In this document: piece by piece, positions 46,029 through 57,915 of the stretch
Layout: each line of letters begins with the position of its first letter
How positions within the stretch are numbered: the first letter of the stretch is position 1
Source of the DNA: an uncultured Desulfobulbia bacterium
GTDB taxonomy: Bacteria > Desulfobacterota > Desulfobulbia > Desulfobulbales > S012-135
DNA: 64,000 nt
Direction: 5' to 3'
NCBI GenBank assembly: GCA_964423785.1
Contig: CAYRGZ010000001.1
Location: 9,782-73,781, forward strand
The notes under the pieces: generated by a model
What the model was told of the DNA's origin: nothing
Seen by the model: only the letters and a program-made list of their open reading frames with translations
Databases searched by the model: none
Made by a program: the position numbers and the translations under genes

Positions 46029-48314
46029 ATGGTGCAAAGAAATTTTTTCGGGAACCTGATTCTTCTCGTCGGCGTGCTCTGTCTCCTGGCTGCCTGCGCG
46101 AGTCCGGAGAAGAAGAAACAGGCCTATTACCGTAAGGGCATCGAATACGCCGAGAAGGGGGAGATCAAGGCGGCGGTCCTGGAACTCAAAAACGCCATCC
46201 AGATCGACCCCAAGTACGCCGATGCTCGTTACCAGCTCGGCTTGCTCTACCTGCAGGCCGGTGAGCTGGGAGCCGCGCTCAAGGAACTGCAGCGGGTGGT
46301 AAGTCTCTCGCCGGACAATGACGACGCCCGTTTGAAGCTGGCCGAGCTGTACTTCCTCGCCCGCAAGATCGACGACAGCCGCACTGAGGTGGAAAAACTC
46401 CTCGAGCGTGATCCGGACAACGCCGCCGCCCTGTCGTTGGCCGCCAACATAGCGCTGGCCGATGGCGATACCGGCAAGGCCCGTACGATGATCGACAAGG
46501 CCATTGCCGCCGAACCCGATACTTACCGTTTTTACCTCGTTCGCTCCCGGGTTGCCTTGGCCGAGAGTGACCCCGACGGGGCGGAGGCCGATCTGCGCAA
46601 AGCCCTTTCGTTGGCGCCCAAGGAAATGGCTGTTCACAAGGCCCTGGTGTCGTTCTATCTGCGCACCGGTGACGGCGCGGCGGCCGAGCGACAACTCCAG
46701 ACGATGATCGAAACTTTTCCGGACAACCCGAGGCCCCATTTCGAACTTGCCGCTTTCTACCTGAAGAGCAAGCGCCCCGCCGATGCCGAGCGCGCCATGC
46801 TGGAAGGGGTGGCGGTGGATCCAGACAACGCCGCCCTGTACGTCGCCCTGGCTGGTTTCTATAAGCAGCAGCGGCGGCCCGACGACGCCATCACCGCCTT
46901 TCGCCAGGCCATGGCCAAGAGTGACGATCCGGCGGTCGTTCAGGCGATGCTGGCCGACTACCTGTTCGATCTCCAGCGGTTCGAGGCGGCAAAAAAGGAA
47001 ATGGAAGAAGTGTTGGCCGCCAACGCCAAACAGCCGCAGGCCAACTTGGTGAAGGCCAAATTCCTAATGCGCGAGGGTAAGAATACCGAAGCCCTGGATA
47101 TCCTAACAAAATTGGTTGCCGATCAGCCGCGCTGGGGAGCGGCCCATCTGCAGAAAGCCCTTGCCCACCTCGCCCTCGGGGATACTGAGCTTTCCTACAA
47201 GGAGACCGAGGCGGCGGTACGGACTGATCCTCGCAGTTCCAAGGCCCATACTCTGCTCGCCCACCATCTGCTTCTCAAGCGCGATTTTGCCGGCGCCAAG
47301 AAGGAGGCGGTGATCGCCTTGCAGTTGCGGCCGGACAATATCCGGGCCGCTATCACCGCCGGGAAAGCCATGCTCCAGAATAACGAGGTGGACGAGGCCC
47401 TGAAACTTTTTTCCCGCATGGAAGAGGTCCTGCCCGACAATCTGGAGATCCTGCACTACAAGGGGGTGGCCTTGCTGGCCAAGGGACGCTTTGAGGAGGC
47501 CCGGCCCCTCTTCGAGCGCATTCTCGGCGAAAAGCCGGCCGCCGTGCCGGCCCTGGCGGTGCTTGTCTCCTTGGATGTCAAAAACGGCGCTCGCGATCGG
47601 GCCATTGAGCGGGTTCGGCGCCAGATCGAACAGATGCCGGACATCGCCGCCTATCACCAGTTACTCGGCTCGCTGCTGGCCAAAGAAAAGCGGTACGATG
47701 AGGCCCTCGCCGCCCTGCGCCGGGCCCGCGACCTGGATCCCAACAACCCGCAATACTACATGGCCATCGCCGGCATCCTCCATACCCTTGGCCGACTGGA
47801 TGCAGCCATTGCCGAATACCAGCAGTTGACCCAGACGAAGCCGGATTTCGTGCCCGGCTGGATGGGGCTCGGTACCCTGTACGACAAGCAGGGCAACCAT
47901 ACTGAGGCGGCCAAGGCCTATCGGGCCGCGTTGGACCGTGATCCCAAGTTCGCGCCGGCGGCCAACAACCTGGCCTGGTTGCTCGCCAACGAAGAGCAGC
48001 CCGATCTCGGCGAGGCACTGCGACTCGCCCTCATCGCCAAGGAGAAGCTGCCCGAAGACCCGCACATCGCCGATACCCTGGGCTGGATTCACTATATGCG
48101 CGAGGCGTACGATCTGGCCCTGTCACAGTTCACCTTGGCCACAGACAAGGAACCCGCCAATCCCACCATCCGCTACCACCTGGCCCTGGCCCTCGACAAG
48201 CTCGGCCGCAAGGACGAGGCCCGCACCGAACTCGCGCGCTGCCTTGAGCAGGAGGATGAGTTTCCGGAACGTGAGCAGGCCCGGGCGTTGCTTGCCTTCC
48301 TCGAGCACGGATGA
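46029..48314 (+). CDS. TPR-repeat lipoprotein, PEP-CTERM-system PrsT-like
   Basis: Lipobox LLAAC at the N-terminus and ~20 TPR repeats across 761 aa. Transcribed divergently from the EPS export genes. Confidence 0.7.
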   Translation: MVQRNFFGNLILLVGVLCLLAACASPEKKKQAYYRKGIEYAEKGEIKAAVLELKNAIQIDPKYADARYQLGLLYLQAGELGAALKELQRVVSLSPDNDDARLKLAELYFLARKIDDSRTEVEKLLERDPDNAAALSLAANIALADGDTGKARTMIDKAIAAEPDTYRFYLVRSRVALAESDPDGAEADLRKALSLAPKEMAVHKALVSFYLRTGDGAAAERQLQTMIETFPDNPRPHFELAAFYLKSKRPADAERAMLEGVAVDPDNAALYVALAGFYKQQRRPDDAITAFRQAMAKSDDPAVVQAMLADYLFDLQRFEAAKKEMEEVLAANAKQPQANLVKAKFLMREGKNTEALDILTKLVADQPRWGAAHLQKALAHLALGDTELSYKETEAAVRTDPRSSKAHTLLAHHLLLKRDFAGAKKEAVIALQLRPDNIRAAITAGKAMLQNNEVDEALKLFSRMEEVLPDNLEILHYKGVALLAKGRFEEARPLFERILGEKPAAVPALAVLVSLDVKNGARDRAIERVRRQIEQMPDIAAYHQLLGSLLAKEKRYDEALAALRRARDLDPNNPQYYMAIAGILHTLGRLDAAIAEYQQLTQTKPDFVPGWMGLGTLYDKQGNHTEAAKAYRAALDRDPKFAPAANNLAWLLANEEQPDLGEALRLALIAKEKLPEDPHIADTLGWIHYMREAYDLALSQFTLATDKEPANPTIRYHLALALDKLGRKDEARTELARCLEQEDEFPEREQARALLAFLEHG

Positions 48315-48979
48315 GGACCTGCGCCATTGGCGACATTCACGGTTGCCACCGGGAGTTGTGCGCCCTTCTCGAGCGGTTGACACCGCAGCGGGGGGACCGT
48401 CTCGTCTTTCTCGGGGATTTCGTGGATCGGGGCCCCCACTCCCGGCTGGTGGTGGAGGAGATCATCGGTTTGCAGCGGGCCGGTATCGAGGTCATTCCCC
48501 TCATGGGCAACCACGAGGAGGTGTTGCTCTCCTTTCTCGCCGGCCGTGACCGGGAGTTCTATCTCGCCATCGGCGGCCGCCAGACCCTGGCGAGTTATGG
48601 CTGCCGGGAGCCCTTCGAGTACGGGGCCTGCGCCGTCCGTATCCCGGATCACCATCTGGAATTTTTTCAAGGTCTTTTGCCCTACTGGCATGACGACGAG
48701 AACATCTATGTCCATGCCGGGTTGCAGCCTGGCGTCCATCTGAGCCTGCAGTCGCCCGACTGGCTGTACTGGGGAGCCGGTGGCCGCTTCCTCGCCCGGC
48801 CGTTCGATTTCGGCAAAAGAGTCATCTTCGGCCACAGCGTCCAGTCCCGCCCATTGGTGGAGCCAACCCGTATCGGCGTCGACACCGGTGCCGTCTACGG
48901 AGGGGCGCTCACCTGCCTGGTGCTGCCCTCCTTCGAGTTCATTCAGGTGCCATCGAAGAAATACTGGCCCGAGGAGTGA
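48311..48979 (+). CDS. Metallophosphoesterase / Ser-Thr protein phosphatase family (PrpA/ApaH-like)
   Basis: GDIHGC, FLGDFVDRGP and GNHE motifs. ATGA overlap with the stop of the TPR gene. Confidence 0.82.
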   Translation: MRTCAIGDIHGCHRELCALLERLTPQRGDRLVFLGDFVDRGPHSRLVVEEIIGLQRAGIEVIPLMGNHEEVLLSFLAGRDREFYLAIGGRQTLASYGCREPFEYGACAVRIPDHHLEFFQGLLPYWHDDENIYVHAGLQPGVHLSLQSPDWLYWGAGGRFLARPFDFGKRVIFGHSVQSRPLVEPTRIGVDTGAVYGGALTCLVLPSFEFIQVPSKKYWPEE

Positions 48980-49027
48980 GCGCAACCGGCCGCGATGTGC
49001 GCGTGGATCTCCTCTTTGGACGGGTCG

Positions 49028-49651
49028 CTAGCCCAGCAGCAGGTTGTTGGCAAACGAGATGATCGGCATGATCAGTCGCGGCAGGATGCCGGTAAAGAAC
49101 AGGGCCAGCAGGATGAGGAAGCCGAATGGCTCCAGCTTGGCGAATTGGTGCGCCTGGCGGGGCGGCAACAGGCCGGCGAGGATTTTGCTCCCGTCCAGGG
49201 GCGGGATGGGAACCAGGTTGAAGACCGCCAGCATGATGTTGATCCACACTCCGGCAACCAGCATCTTGAGCAGCGGCCAGAGCAGGAAGGCAGGCAGCAG
49301 GCCGCCGACGAACAAAAGCAACTTGGCGATCACGGCGCAGGCCACGGCGAGGACGAGATTGGCCACCGGTCCGGCCAGGGAGACATACAGCATCATGCGG
49401 ACGGGGTCCGCAAAGTAGCGGGGATCCACCGGTACCGGCTTGGCCCAGCCGATTTTCATGATCACGAAGGCAAGGGCCCCCAGGGGATCGATGTGCTTCA
49501 GGGGGTTGAGGGTCAACCGGCCCAGGCGCTTGGCGGTTGGGTCTCCGAAGCGGTAGGCGACGTAGCCGTGCGCCACCTCGTGGACGGTGAGGGCAAAAAG
49601 AAAGGGCGGTGCGAAGATGGCGATTTCCTGCACCAGGTGATGGATGTTCAT
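49028..49651 (-). CDS. Site-2 protease family (peptidase M50) membrane protein
   Basis: HEVAHG (HExxH) in the first TM region and multiple TM helices. ATGA overlap with the upstream gene. Confidence 0.8.
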   Translation of the reverse strand: MNIHHLVQEIAIFAPPFLFALTVHEVAHGYVAYRFGDPTAKRLGRLTLNPLKHIDPLGALAFVIMKIGWAKPVPVDPRYFADPVRMMLYVSLAGPVANLVLAVACAVIAKLLLFVGGLLPAFLLWPLLKMLVAGVWINIMLAVFNLVPIPPLDGSKILAGLLPPRQAHQFAKLEPFGFLILLALFFTGILPRLIMPIISFANNLLLG

Positions 49652-52293
49652 GCCTCTCTCTCCAGTGGATAATGGGTGCGGATGAAGGCCTCCTCCTCGG
49701 CCCGGCTGTGCACTTCACCGTCCAGGCGGGCCTCCAACAGGCGGTCCAGCATTTTCTTGAACTGCGGGCCCGGCCGGTAGCCCAGGGCGATGAGGTCCTT
49801 GCCGCCCAGGGCCGGCCGGATGTGGCGCAGGTGGGTGACGTAGAGAGAAACCGCCTTCTTGCCCGATTGTTTGCGGGTCAGGGCCATAAGATAAAGTAAG
49901 GCTTCGTGGGAGAGTCCGTTGAGCAGCCAATAGATCTCGCTGTTCTTCACCAGGGTGCGCCCGTCGAGCAGGCGGGCGATCTTGCCCGCCGCCCCCTTCT
50001 CCTTCAGTAAGGTCGGCCAGTAGCGTTCCGGCACCTCGAAGGTTTTCAGGAATTCGAGCACCTGTTTGCCGGGAAAACTGGAGACCAGGCCCATGAGATA
50101 GACGAGCCACTGGCGGCACCGCTGTTCGAGATAAAGAAGTTTGTGCCAGGCCAGCGCCCGTTGGCATTCCTCTAGCAAACGCCACCGCCGATCGTCGAGT
50201 TGCAGGCCGGGAATGAAGAAGTCGAGCAGGCCGAAGCCGGCCATCCGCTCGAGGGCGGGCAGGGGATTGTCTTCTTCAAGGATGAGGCGCAGCTCGTTGA
50301 AGAACCGCCGGCCGGCGAACTTTCCGAACATCTTCATCTTGACCGCGTTCTTGATCAGCTTCTCGGTATGCTTGCCGATGGAGAACCCCATCCGCTGTTC
50401 CAGGCGGATGGCCCGCAGGATGCGGGTGGGGTCCTCGACGAAGCTCAGGTTGTGCAGGATGCGGATCTGGCGGTCCCGGATGTCGTTCTGGCAGTTGAAG
50501 TAGTCCACCAAAGTGCCGAACCGGTCCGGGTTCAGGTGGATGGCCATGGCGTTGATGGTGAAGTCCCGGCGGTAGAGATCGAGTTTTAGGGAACTCAATT
50601 CCACCGTCGGCATGGCGGCAGGCGATTCGTAGTATTCGAGCCGGGCGGTGGCCACGTCGATCTTGCGGCCGTCGGGCAGCACCACCACTGCGGTGGCGAA
50701 CTTCTCGTGCGGTCGTACCTTGCCGCCCAGGGTGGCGGCCAACTTTCTGGCAAAGGCGATGCCGTCACCCTCGATGACGATGTCGATGTCGAGGTTGGGG
50801 ACGTGCAGGAGCAGGTCGCGGACGAAACCGCCCACGACAAAGGCCCGGAACCCGCACCGCTCGGCCACCTCGCCGATGGTCCGCAGCAGGACGATGGTGT
50901 CGCGGTCCAGGGAGTCGGTCATGAGGCCGGCGAGGTTCCGGTGCCGTTCGATGGAGGGCAGGAGATCCTCCCGGCCCAGAAGGTTGCGCGGCAGGTTGGC
51001 CGGGTCGTTGACCAGCAGGTTCAAGAGATCGGTACGGGTGATGACCCCCTTGACCGTGCCGTCCTCGACCACGGGGATGAATCGTTGCCGGTGCTCGATG
51101 ATCAGTTCCTGGATGTCGGCCAGGGTGGCGGTGGGCGGCAGGGTGGCGAAGTCGGTGGTCATGTAGTCGGCCACCGGCTGGTCGCCGAGGCCGTGATAGA
51201 TCGCCTTTTCGCACACCCGCCGCGAGATGATGCCGAGCAACCGTTTGCCGTCCTCCAGGACCGGCAGCACGGTGAGGTTGTAGCGGGTCAGGGTCTGGTT
51301 CGCATCAACGATCGAGATGTCCGGCCGCACGTAGATCACCGGCGCCGACATGATCTCGCGGGCCACCGCCCGGGGCCGGACGTGTTTGTGGAGCATTTGC
51401 AGCAGCCGTTCCTCCGCCTCGATGAGGGTATAGCCCTTCACCGCAGCCGAGGCGGCCGAGGCGTGGCCGCCGCCGCCGAACTCGGCGGCGATGGCACCGG
51501 CGTTGACCTCCGGGATGCGGCTGCGGGCGATGAGGTAGATCTTGTCCGCCATGCGGGCCAGCGCGAACAGGCAGTCGAGGTTCTCCATGGTCATGAAGCG
51601 GCGCACCAGCAGGGCGAATTCGTCCACGTACTTGGGGGTGGAGATGGTGGCGACCACGATGTCGATTCCCTGGATCGTATAGGTGCGGGCCGCCCGGATG
51701 AGTTCGTGCAGGAGCGATACTTCGATGGTGGACAGGTCCTGGGAGATGAACTGGGAGATGGTCTGCAGGTTGGCGCCTTGCTCCAGGAGCCAGGCCATGG
51801 CGGCGAGATCCTCCGGGGTGGTGGTATCGAAGGTGAAGGATCCGGTGTCCTCGTAGATCGCCATGCCGAGAATGGTGGCGTCCTGGGCCGAGACAGGGAT
51901 GTTCTTTTGCCGCAACAGATCGGTGAAGATGGTGGCGGTGGAGCCCACCCGCCGGATCACCTCGAGATCTCCGTCGATGTCTCCTTCCGCCTTCGGGTGG
52001 TGGTCGTAGATGTGGACCTCGATGTCCGGGTTGTCCAGGCATCTGGCCAACTTACCGATCCGGGCCGGCGAGCGGGTGTCCACCAGGATGAGGCGGCGAA
52101 CCTGGTCGAGGGGGATGTTTTTCAGCCGCTGGAAGTCGTAGAGGTACTCGGTGGACTGCAGGAAGAATTCCCGGATGTTGCGTTCCTGGGAGCCGGAAAA
52201 GACCATGACCGCCTCGGGGTAGAGTTTCTTGGCGGCGATCATCGAGGCCATACCGTCGAAGTCGGCGTGCTGGTGGGTGGTGATGACCTGCAT
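49648..52293 (-). CDS. Fusion protein: DHH/DHHA1 phosphoesterase + tandem CBS + poly(A) polymerase/CCA-adding nucleotidyltransferase
   Basis: N-terminal [11 protein letters not shown] (DHH), [10 protein letters not shown] (DHHA1), two CBS modules, then [24 protein letters not shown] (PolyA_pol head domain). 881 aa. Confidence 0.8.
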   Translation of the reverse strand: MQVITTHQHADFDGMASMIAAKKLYPEAVMVFSGSQERNIREFFLQSTEYLYDFQRLKNIPLDQVRRLILVDTRSPARIGKLARCLDNPDIEVHIYDHHPKAEGDIDGDLEVIRRVGSTATIFTDLLRQKNIPVSAQDATILGMAIYEDTGSFTFDTTTPEDLAAMAWLLEQGANLQTISQFISQDLSTIEVSLLHELIRAARTYTIQGIDIVVATISTPKYVDEFALLVRRFMTMENLDCLFALARMADKIYLIARSRIPEVNAGAIAAEFGGGGHASAASAAVKGYTLIEAEERLLQMLHKHVRPRAVAREIMSAPVIYVRPDISIVDANQTLTRYNLTVLPVLEDGKRLLGIISRRVCEKAIYHGLGDQPVADYMTTDFATLPPTATLADIQELIIEHRQRFIPVVEDGTVKGVITRTDLLNLLVNDPANLPRNLLGREDLLPSIERHRNLAGLMTDSLDRDTIVLLRTIGEVAERCGFRAFVVGGFVRDLLLHVPNLDIDIVIEGDGIAFARKLAATLGGKVRPHEKFATAVVVLPDGRKIDVATARLEYYESPAAMPTVELSSLKLDLYRRDFTINAMAIHLNPDRFGTLVDYFNCQNDIRDRQIRILHNLSFVEDPTRILRAIRLEQRMGFSIGKHTEKLIKNAVKMKMFGKFAGRRFFNELRLILEEDNPLPALERMAGFGLLDFFIPGLQLDDRRWRLLEECQRALAWHKLLYLEQRCRQWLVYLMGLVSSFPGKQVLEFLKTFEVPERYWPTLLKEKGAAGKIARLLDGRTLVKNSEIYWLLNGLSHEALLYLMALTRKQSGKKAVSLYVTHLRHIRPALGGKDLIALGYRPGPQFKKMLDRLLEARLDGEVHSRAEEEAFIRTHYPLEREA

Positions 52294-52319
52294 ACGGGCT
52301 CCGGTGGCGGTTTGCGCGG

Positions 52320-53198
52320 TCAGCCGCGGGGATGAAACCGCTTGTGAATTGCTTTCAGCCGCTCGCCCTCCACGTGGGTGTAGATCTGGGTGGTGGCGAT
52401 GTCGGCGTGGCCGAGCATCTCCTGCACCGCCCGCAGGTCGGCGCCGTGGGCGAGCAGGTGGGTGGCGAAGGAATGGCGCAGCACATGGGGCGAGAGGGGC
52501 TTGTCGATGCCGGCCCGCAGGGCGGTGGCGCGGATGATCTGCCAGAAGCGGGTGCGGGTCATGGGCTGGCCCCGATTGGTGACGAACAGGATGGCGCTGC
52601 GGCGTTTGCCGAGCAAGCGCGGCCGCGCTTCGGCGAGATAGCGGCGGACGAGATCCCGGGCCCGCTCGCCCATGGGGACCACCCGCTCCTTGCTGCCCTT
52701 ACCCACCACCCGCACGAAGCCGCGGTCGAGATGGACGGCGGCCACCGGCAGACCAACCAGCTCGCTGACCCGCAGGCCGCAGGCATACAGAGTGTGTAAC
52801 ATGGCGCTGTTGCGTAGGCCGATGGCGTCGCCGGTGTCGGCGGCGTCGAGCAAGCGGTCCACCTCGTCGAGGTTCAGGTGGTCGGGAAGGTGGCGGCCCA
52901 GTTTCGGCTGCTGCAGGAGCACGGTGGGGTCGTGTTCCACGACCCCTTCGGCGGCGAGAAATCGGAAAAAACTGCGCAGGGCGGAGAGCCGCCGGGCGAT
53001 GGACCGGGACGATAGGCCGGAGCGCCGCAACCGTTCGAGATGGCGCCGGATGTCTTCCGGGCCGATGGCCGTGGGCGGCCGGCGTTGCTGGCGGAGAAAC
53101 GACCCGATATCGGAGGCGTAGGCCGCCACCGTGTGGGCGGCGAGCCGGCGTTCCACCGTCAGGTGCTGGAGAAAGAAATCGAGATGATCGGTGTGCAA
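52320..53198 (-). CDS. Tyrosine recombinase, XerC/XerD family
   Basis: N-terminal SAM-like domain ([26 protein letters not shown]) and C-terminal [39 protein letters not shown]. The only available start is TTG. XerC and XerD cannot be distinguished by eye. Confidence 0.8.
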   Translation of the reverse strand: MHTDHLDFFLQHLTVERRLAAHTVAAYASDIGSFLRQQRRPPTAIGPEDIRRHLERLRRSGLSSRSIARRLSALRSFFRFLAAEGVVEHDPTVLLQQPKLGRHLPDHLNLDEVDRLLDAADTGDAIGLRNSAMLHTLYACGLRVSELVGLPVAAVHLDRGFVRVVGKGSKERVVPMGERARDLVRRYLAEARPRLLGKRRSAILFVTNRGQPMTRTRFWQIIRATALRAGIDKPLSPHVLRHSFATHLLAHGADLRAVQEMLGHADIATTQIYTHVEGERLKAIHKRFHPRG

Positions 53199-53224
53199 CG
53201 GTGGCGGGACGAGGGCGACGGAGG

Positions 53225-53419
53225 CTACTGCCGCTCCATCCGCATCATGATCTTGCGCAGCTTGCGCTGGGATTCCGCTTTCTTGCGGCGGCGGCGGACA
53301 CTGGGCTTCTCGTAGTACTCGCGGCGCTTCAGCTCCTTCTTGATGCCGTTGAGCTGCAGTTTTTTCTTCAGTTGCCGGATGGCGTATTCGATATCACCCT
53401 TGACCTCTACCTCAATCAT
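53225..53419 (-). CDS. rpsU: 30S ribosomal protein S21
   Basis: The internal ATG at 53419 gives the 64-aa [56 protein letters not shown]... The longer 132-aa track ORF was rejected. Confidence 0.9.
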   Translation of the reverse strand: MIEVEVKGDIEYAIRQLKKKLQLNGIKKELKRREYYEKPSVRRRRKKAESQRKLRKIMMRMERQ

Positions 53420-53502
53420 AATACACCGTTTTCTTGTTGCGGTTTGTGGAAATGGGCCCGGCGGACGACCGCCGCGCCCACGATTCTTGACCAGAAACCG
53501 CC

Positions 53503-53532
53503 AATATATGCGGCCGAATCGGGAGTTGTCAA
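53503..53532 (-). promoter_or_regulatory. Candidate sigma-70 promoter for rpsU
   Basis: Minus strand TTGACA-18 nt-TATATT, ~85 nt upstream of the rpsU ATG. The -35 box overlaps the glcD-like stop codon. Confidence 0.4.
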
Positions 53533-54920
53533 GAGTTTTCTGCCGAAGAGGGTGGAAAGATTTTTCCAGGGTTGAGAATATTCTTCGGGTCCAGGGTGTG
53601 CTTGATGGCCCGCATGACCGCAAGGCTCGTCTCGTCGAGCTCCAGGGAAAGAAAGGGGGCCTTGGTGAGGCCGATACCGTGTTCGCCGGACAGGGTGCCG
53701 CCGAGCTCCAAGGTTTTCTGGAAGATGCGTTTCTTGGCGGTGGCGGCCCGCTCCTCCTCGGCCGGCCGTGTCTTGTCGTGCATGATGTTGACGTGGATGT
53801 TGCCGTCGCCGGCGTGGCCGAAGGTGAAGATGGGGAGATCCAGTTCTCTCGCTAGTTCTTCGGCAAAGGTCACGAGGGCGGCGATCCGGTTGCGTGGCAC
53901 CACCACGTCTTCGCTGAGCTTGTGGGGCCGCAGGGAGAAGGCGGCCGGCGACACCGCCCGCCGCGCCTGCCAGAGGGCGGCCGTCTCCTCGGTGTCCGCC
54001 GCCCGCATTACTGTGAGGGCCGGGCCGTTCGAAAGGAAATCGGCCAGCATGTCGGCCTGGCGGCTGACGATCTCTGATTGGCCGTCCACCTCGATGAGGA
54101 GGAGGGCGCCGGCCTCGGCGGGAATCGGGACCGGCAGACCGGCGCGGACGATATCGATGGCGGTGCGATCCATGTATTCCAGGGTGCAGGGCGCGAAACG
54201 ATCGACAAGGGCCGGTACCAGGCCGGTGGCGGTGCCGATGGAGTCGAAGAGGGCGAGGACCGTGGCGCGGGCCGGCGGCAGCGGCACGAGGCGCAGGGCG
54301 ATGCGGGTGATGATCCCCAGGGTGCCCTCGGCGCCGACGAACAGGCGGGTGAGATCGTAGCCCACCACCCCCTTGGCGGTGCGTTCGCCGGTGGTGAGGA
54401 CGCGACCGTCGGCCAGCACCACAGTGAGGGCGCGGACGTAGTCGCGGGTGACACCGTATTTCACCGCCGAGGGGCCGCCGGCGTTTTCGGCCACGTTGCC
54501 GCCGATGGTGCAGAACTCGGCACTGGCCGGATCGGGGGGGTAGAACAGGCCGTGGGCGCGGACCGCCGCCTTCAGGTCGCCGTTCAGCACGCCGGGCTCC
54601 ACCACGGCGAGGTGGTTTTCGGTATCGATTTCCAGGATGCGGTTGCAGCGGCTCATGGCGAGGACGATGGCACCGGGCACCGGCACGGCGCCGCCGGTCA
54701 TGCCAGTTCCTGCACCGCGGACCACCACCGGAATGGTGTGTTGCCAGGCAAGCGTCATTATCCGGCTTACCTCGTCGGTGGAGGCGGGCAGGAGCACCAG
54801 GGCCGGTTCGCAGGTGAGCCCGGAACCGTCATGGGCGTAGCATAGCCGTTCCTCCCGGCCAGAGAGGCAGTTTTCCGGGCCGACGATGGCGGCGAGTTGC
54901 TGGACGATGGCGTCGTTCAT
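53529..54920 (-). CDS. FAD-binding oxidoreductase (GlcD/D-lactate dehydrogenase family)
   Basis: FAD_binding_4 N-terminal domain (PVVVRGAGTGMTGGAVP) and a C-terminal GEHGIGLTK motif. 463 aa. Confidence 0.82.
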   Translation of the reverse strand: MNDAIVQQLAAIVGPENCLSGREERLCYAHDGSGLTCEPALVLLPASTDEVSRIMTLAWQHTIPVVVRGAGTGMTGGAVPVPGAIVLAMSRCNRILEIDTENHLAVVEPGVLNGDLKAAVRAHGLFYPPDPASAEFCTIGGNVAENAGGPSAVKYGVTRDYVRALTVVLADGRVLTTGERTAKGVVGYDLTRLFVGAEGTLGIITRIALRLVPLPPARATVLALFDSIGTATGLVPALVDRFAPCTLEYMDRTAIDIVRAGLPVPIPAEAGALLLIEVDGQSEIVSRQADMLADFLSNGPALTVMRAADTEETAALWQARRAVSPAAFSLRPHKLSEDVVVPRNRIAALVTFAEELARELDLPIFTFGHAGDGNIHVNIMHDKTRPAEEERAATAKKRIFQKTLELGGTLSGEHGIGLTKAPFLSLELDETSLAVMRAIKHTLDPKNILNPGKIFPPSSAENS

Positions 54921-55007
54921 GCCAGTTTGCGCTTTACGGTCGACCGGTTACGGTTTACGGTTGCAACAGGCTCAGAGCAAGGAAAACAACCGACGAGGAG
55001 GTACGCC

Positions 55008-55952
55008 ATGAACCGGTTACGGTTGGCACTCATTGCCGGTGGTCGGTCCGGCGAGCGCGAAGTCTCCTTGGCCGGCGCCCGCGAGGTGGAACAGGCCCTC
55101 GATCCGGCCCGGTACGAGGTGCGGCGCTACGACCCGGCCACCGATCTCGCCCGCCTGGCGGCCGATGCGGATATGATCGACGTCGCCTTCATCCTGTTGC
55201 ACGGCCCCCTGGGTGAGGACGGCACCATGCAGGGATTCCTCGATCTGTTGGGTATCCCGTACCAAGGGGCCGGGGTGCTGGGCAGCGCCTTGGCCATGGA
55301 CAAGCAGGTGGCCAAGATTCTCTACCGGCAGGCGGGACTGCTGGTGCCGGACTGGCGCATGGTCAGCGATGCGGAGCCGGCCACCGTCGAGGCCCTGGTG
55401 GCGGAGTTCGGTCTGCCGCTCGTCATCAAGCCCAAGGCCCAGGGGTCGAGTCTCGGCATGAGCATTCCGCATACCGAGGCCGATTGCGCCGCCGGCCTGG
55501 CGGCGGCCCTGGCCTACGGCGGCGAGGTGATGGTGGAGCGCTTCGTGCGCGGCCGCGAGATCACCGGCGGCGTCATCGGCAACCGGGAACTCACCGCCCT
55601 GCCCCTGGTGGAGATCGTGCCGGGCGAGGAGTTCACGTTCTTCGACTATACCGCCAAGTACACGCCGGGTGCCAGCCGCGAGATCTGCCCGGCTCCCCTC
55701 GATGCCGATATCACCCGCCGGGCCCAGGCCATTGCCGTCGCCGCCCACCAGGCCCTGCACCTGCGGGGCTACAGCCGTACCGACATGATCGTCACCGACG
55801 AGGGCGACATCTACGTCCTGGAGACCAACACCATCCCCGGCATGACACCCACCAGTCTGCTACCCCAGGCGGCGGCCGCCGCCGGGCTGCCCTTCGCCGC
55901 TTTGCTCGACCGGTTGATCGAACTGGCGCTGGAGGATGGGGGGCAACGGTAG
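55008..55952 (+). CDS. ddl: D-alanine--D-alanine ligase
   Basis: ATG at 55008 follows GAGGAGG. LALIAGGRSGEREVSLAGAREV..., ATP-grasp core ...LPLVIKPKAQGSSLGM... and LETNTIPGMTPTSLLP. Confidence 0.9.
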   Translation: MNRLRLALIAGGRSGEREVSLAGAREVEQALDPARYEVRRYDPATDLARLAADADMIDVAFILLHGPLGEDGTMQGFLDLLGIPYQGAGVLGSALAMDKQVAKILYRQAGLLVPDWRMVSDAEPATVEALVAEFGLPLVIKPKAQGSSLGMSIPHTEADCAAGLAAALAYGGEVMVERFVRGREITGGVIGNRELTALPLVEIVPGEEFTFFDYTAKYTPGASREICPAPLDADITRRAQAIAVAAHQALHLRGYSRTDMIVTDEGDIYVLETNTIPGMTPTSLLPQAAAAAGLPFAALLDRLIELALEDGGQR

Positions 55953-55964
55953 ATCGGTTGCCAC

Positions 55965-57233
<1,269 letters not shown>

Positions 57234-57364
57234 TTAATCTAGCAGTTCACGGTTGAGTCACGTTCAGAATGCACCAACTGGCAACGGTCAACCGGCAACG
57301 GCTGACCGTCAACCGTTCTAGCATGGCCGCTCCCGGAACGCAAGGGGCTGGCCAGGAGGAGGGA

Positions 57365-57643
57365 ATGGCAAAAAAGACCGAAAAGCGACCCAAGGCGGTG
57401 GCCCTGGCCTACGAACCGGGCCGGCACCGGGCTCCGGTGGTGGTGGCCAAGGGCATGGGGGAGATCGCCGCCCGGATCATGGCCATCGCCCGGGAGCACG
57501 GCATTCCGATCCATGAGGATGCCGATCTGGTCGAGATCCTGAGCAAGCTCGACATTCATCGGGAAATTCCGCCCGAGACCTATGTGGTGGTTGCCGAAAT
57601 CCTCGCCTTCCTCTACCAGTCCAACGCCTCGTATGGCGATTGA
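57365..57643 (+). CDS. FlhB C-terminal-domain-like protein (EscU/YscU/HrcU family, YlqH-like)
   Basis: ATG follows AGGAGGAGGG. KAVALAYEPGRHRAPVVVAKGMGEIAARIMAIAREHGIPIHEDADLVEIL is typical of small FlhB-C homologues. Confidence 0.75.
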   Translation: MAKKTEKRPKAVALAYEPGRHRAPVVVAKGMGEIAARIMAIAREHGIPIHEDADLVEILSKLDIHREIPPETYVVVAEILAFLYQSNASYGD

Positions 57644-57690
57644 CCGGCCGCCAACCAGCCGGTAAAACCTGCCCGTCGACCGTCAAAATT

Positions 57691-57790
57691 GTACGACCCG
57701 GAAAACATTGCCGGCGGTCCAGGCCTGACACGATAATTCAACGACTTACGGGTGAACTCGATGGAATCGTATGGTTGCGATTCCGTCAAA
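57691..57790 (+). repeat. ~105-bp intergenic repeat family, copy H (diverged left end)
   Basis: ...GGCGGTCCAGGCCTGACACGATAATTCAACGACTTACGGGTGAACTCGATGGAATCGTAtggTTGCGATTCCGTCAAA. Flanked by CGTCAAAATT (57681-57690) and CGTCAAAAATT (57784-57794). Confidence 0.8.
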
Positions 57791-57873
57791 AATTCCGACG
57801 GGATTGCCGACGCCTTTGCCTTCCTTGTTTCTTTATTCCTTTGATTCCAACATGTTGTGTTGATTTTTGTGCG

Positions 57874-57889
57874 TGGCACGGTGGTTGCT
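57874..57889 (+). promoter_or_regulatory. Sigma-54 promoter upstream of flgF
   Basis: TGGCAC-GGTGG-TTGCT is an exact match to TGGCAC-N5-TTGCW. It lies 27 nt upstream of the flgF ATG, with the AAGGAGAG RBS in between. Confidence 0.7.
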
Positions 57890-57915
57890 TCCTTGTTGTG
57901 GCAAGGAGAGCCGCC

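Noticed and set aside
50707-52335. 542-aa plus-strand ORF
   Set aside because: It is antisense to the DHH-CBS-polyA-polymerase gene, and no recognisable motifs are present.
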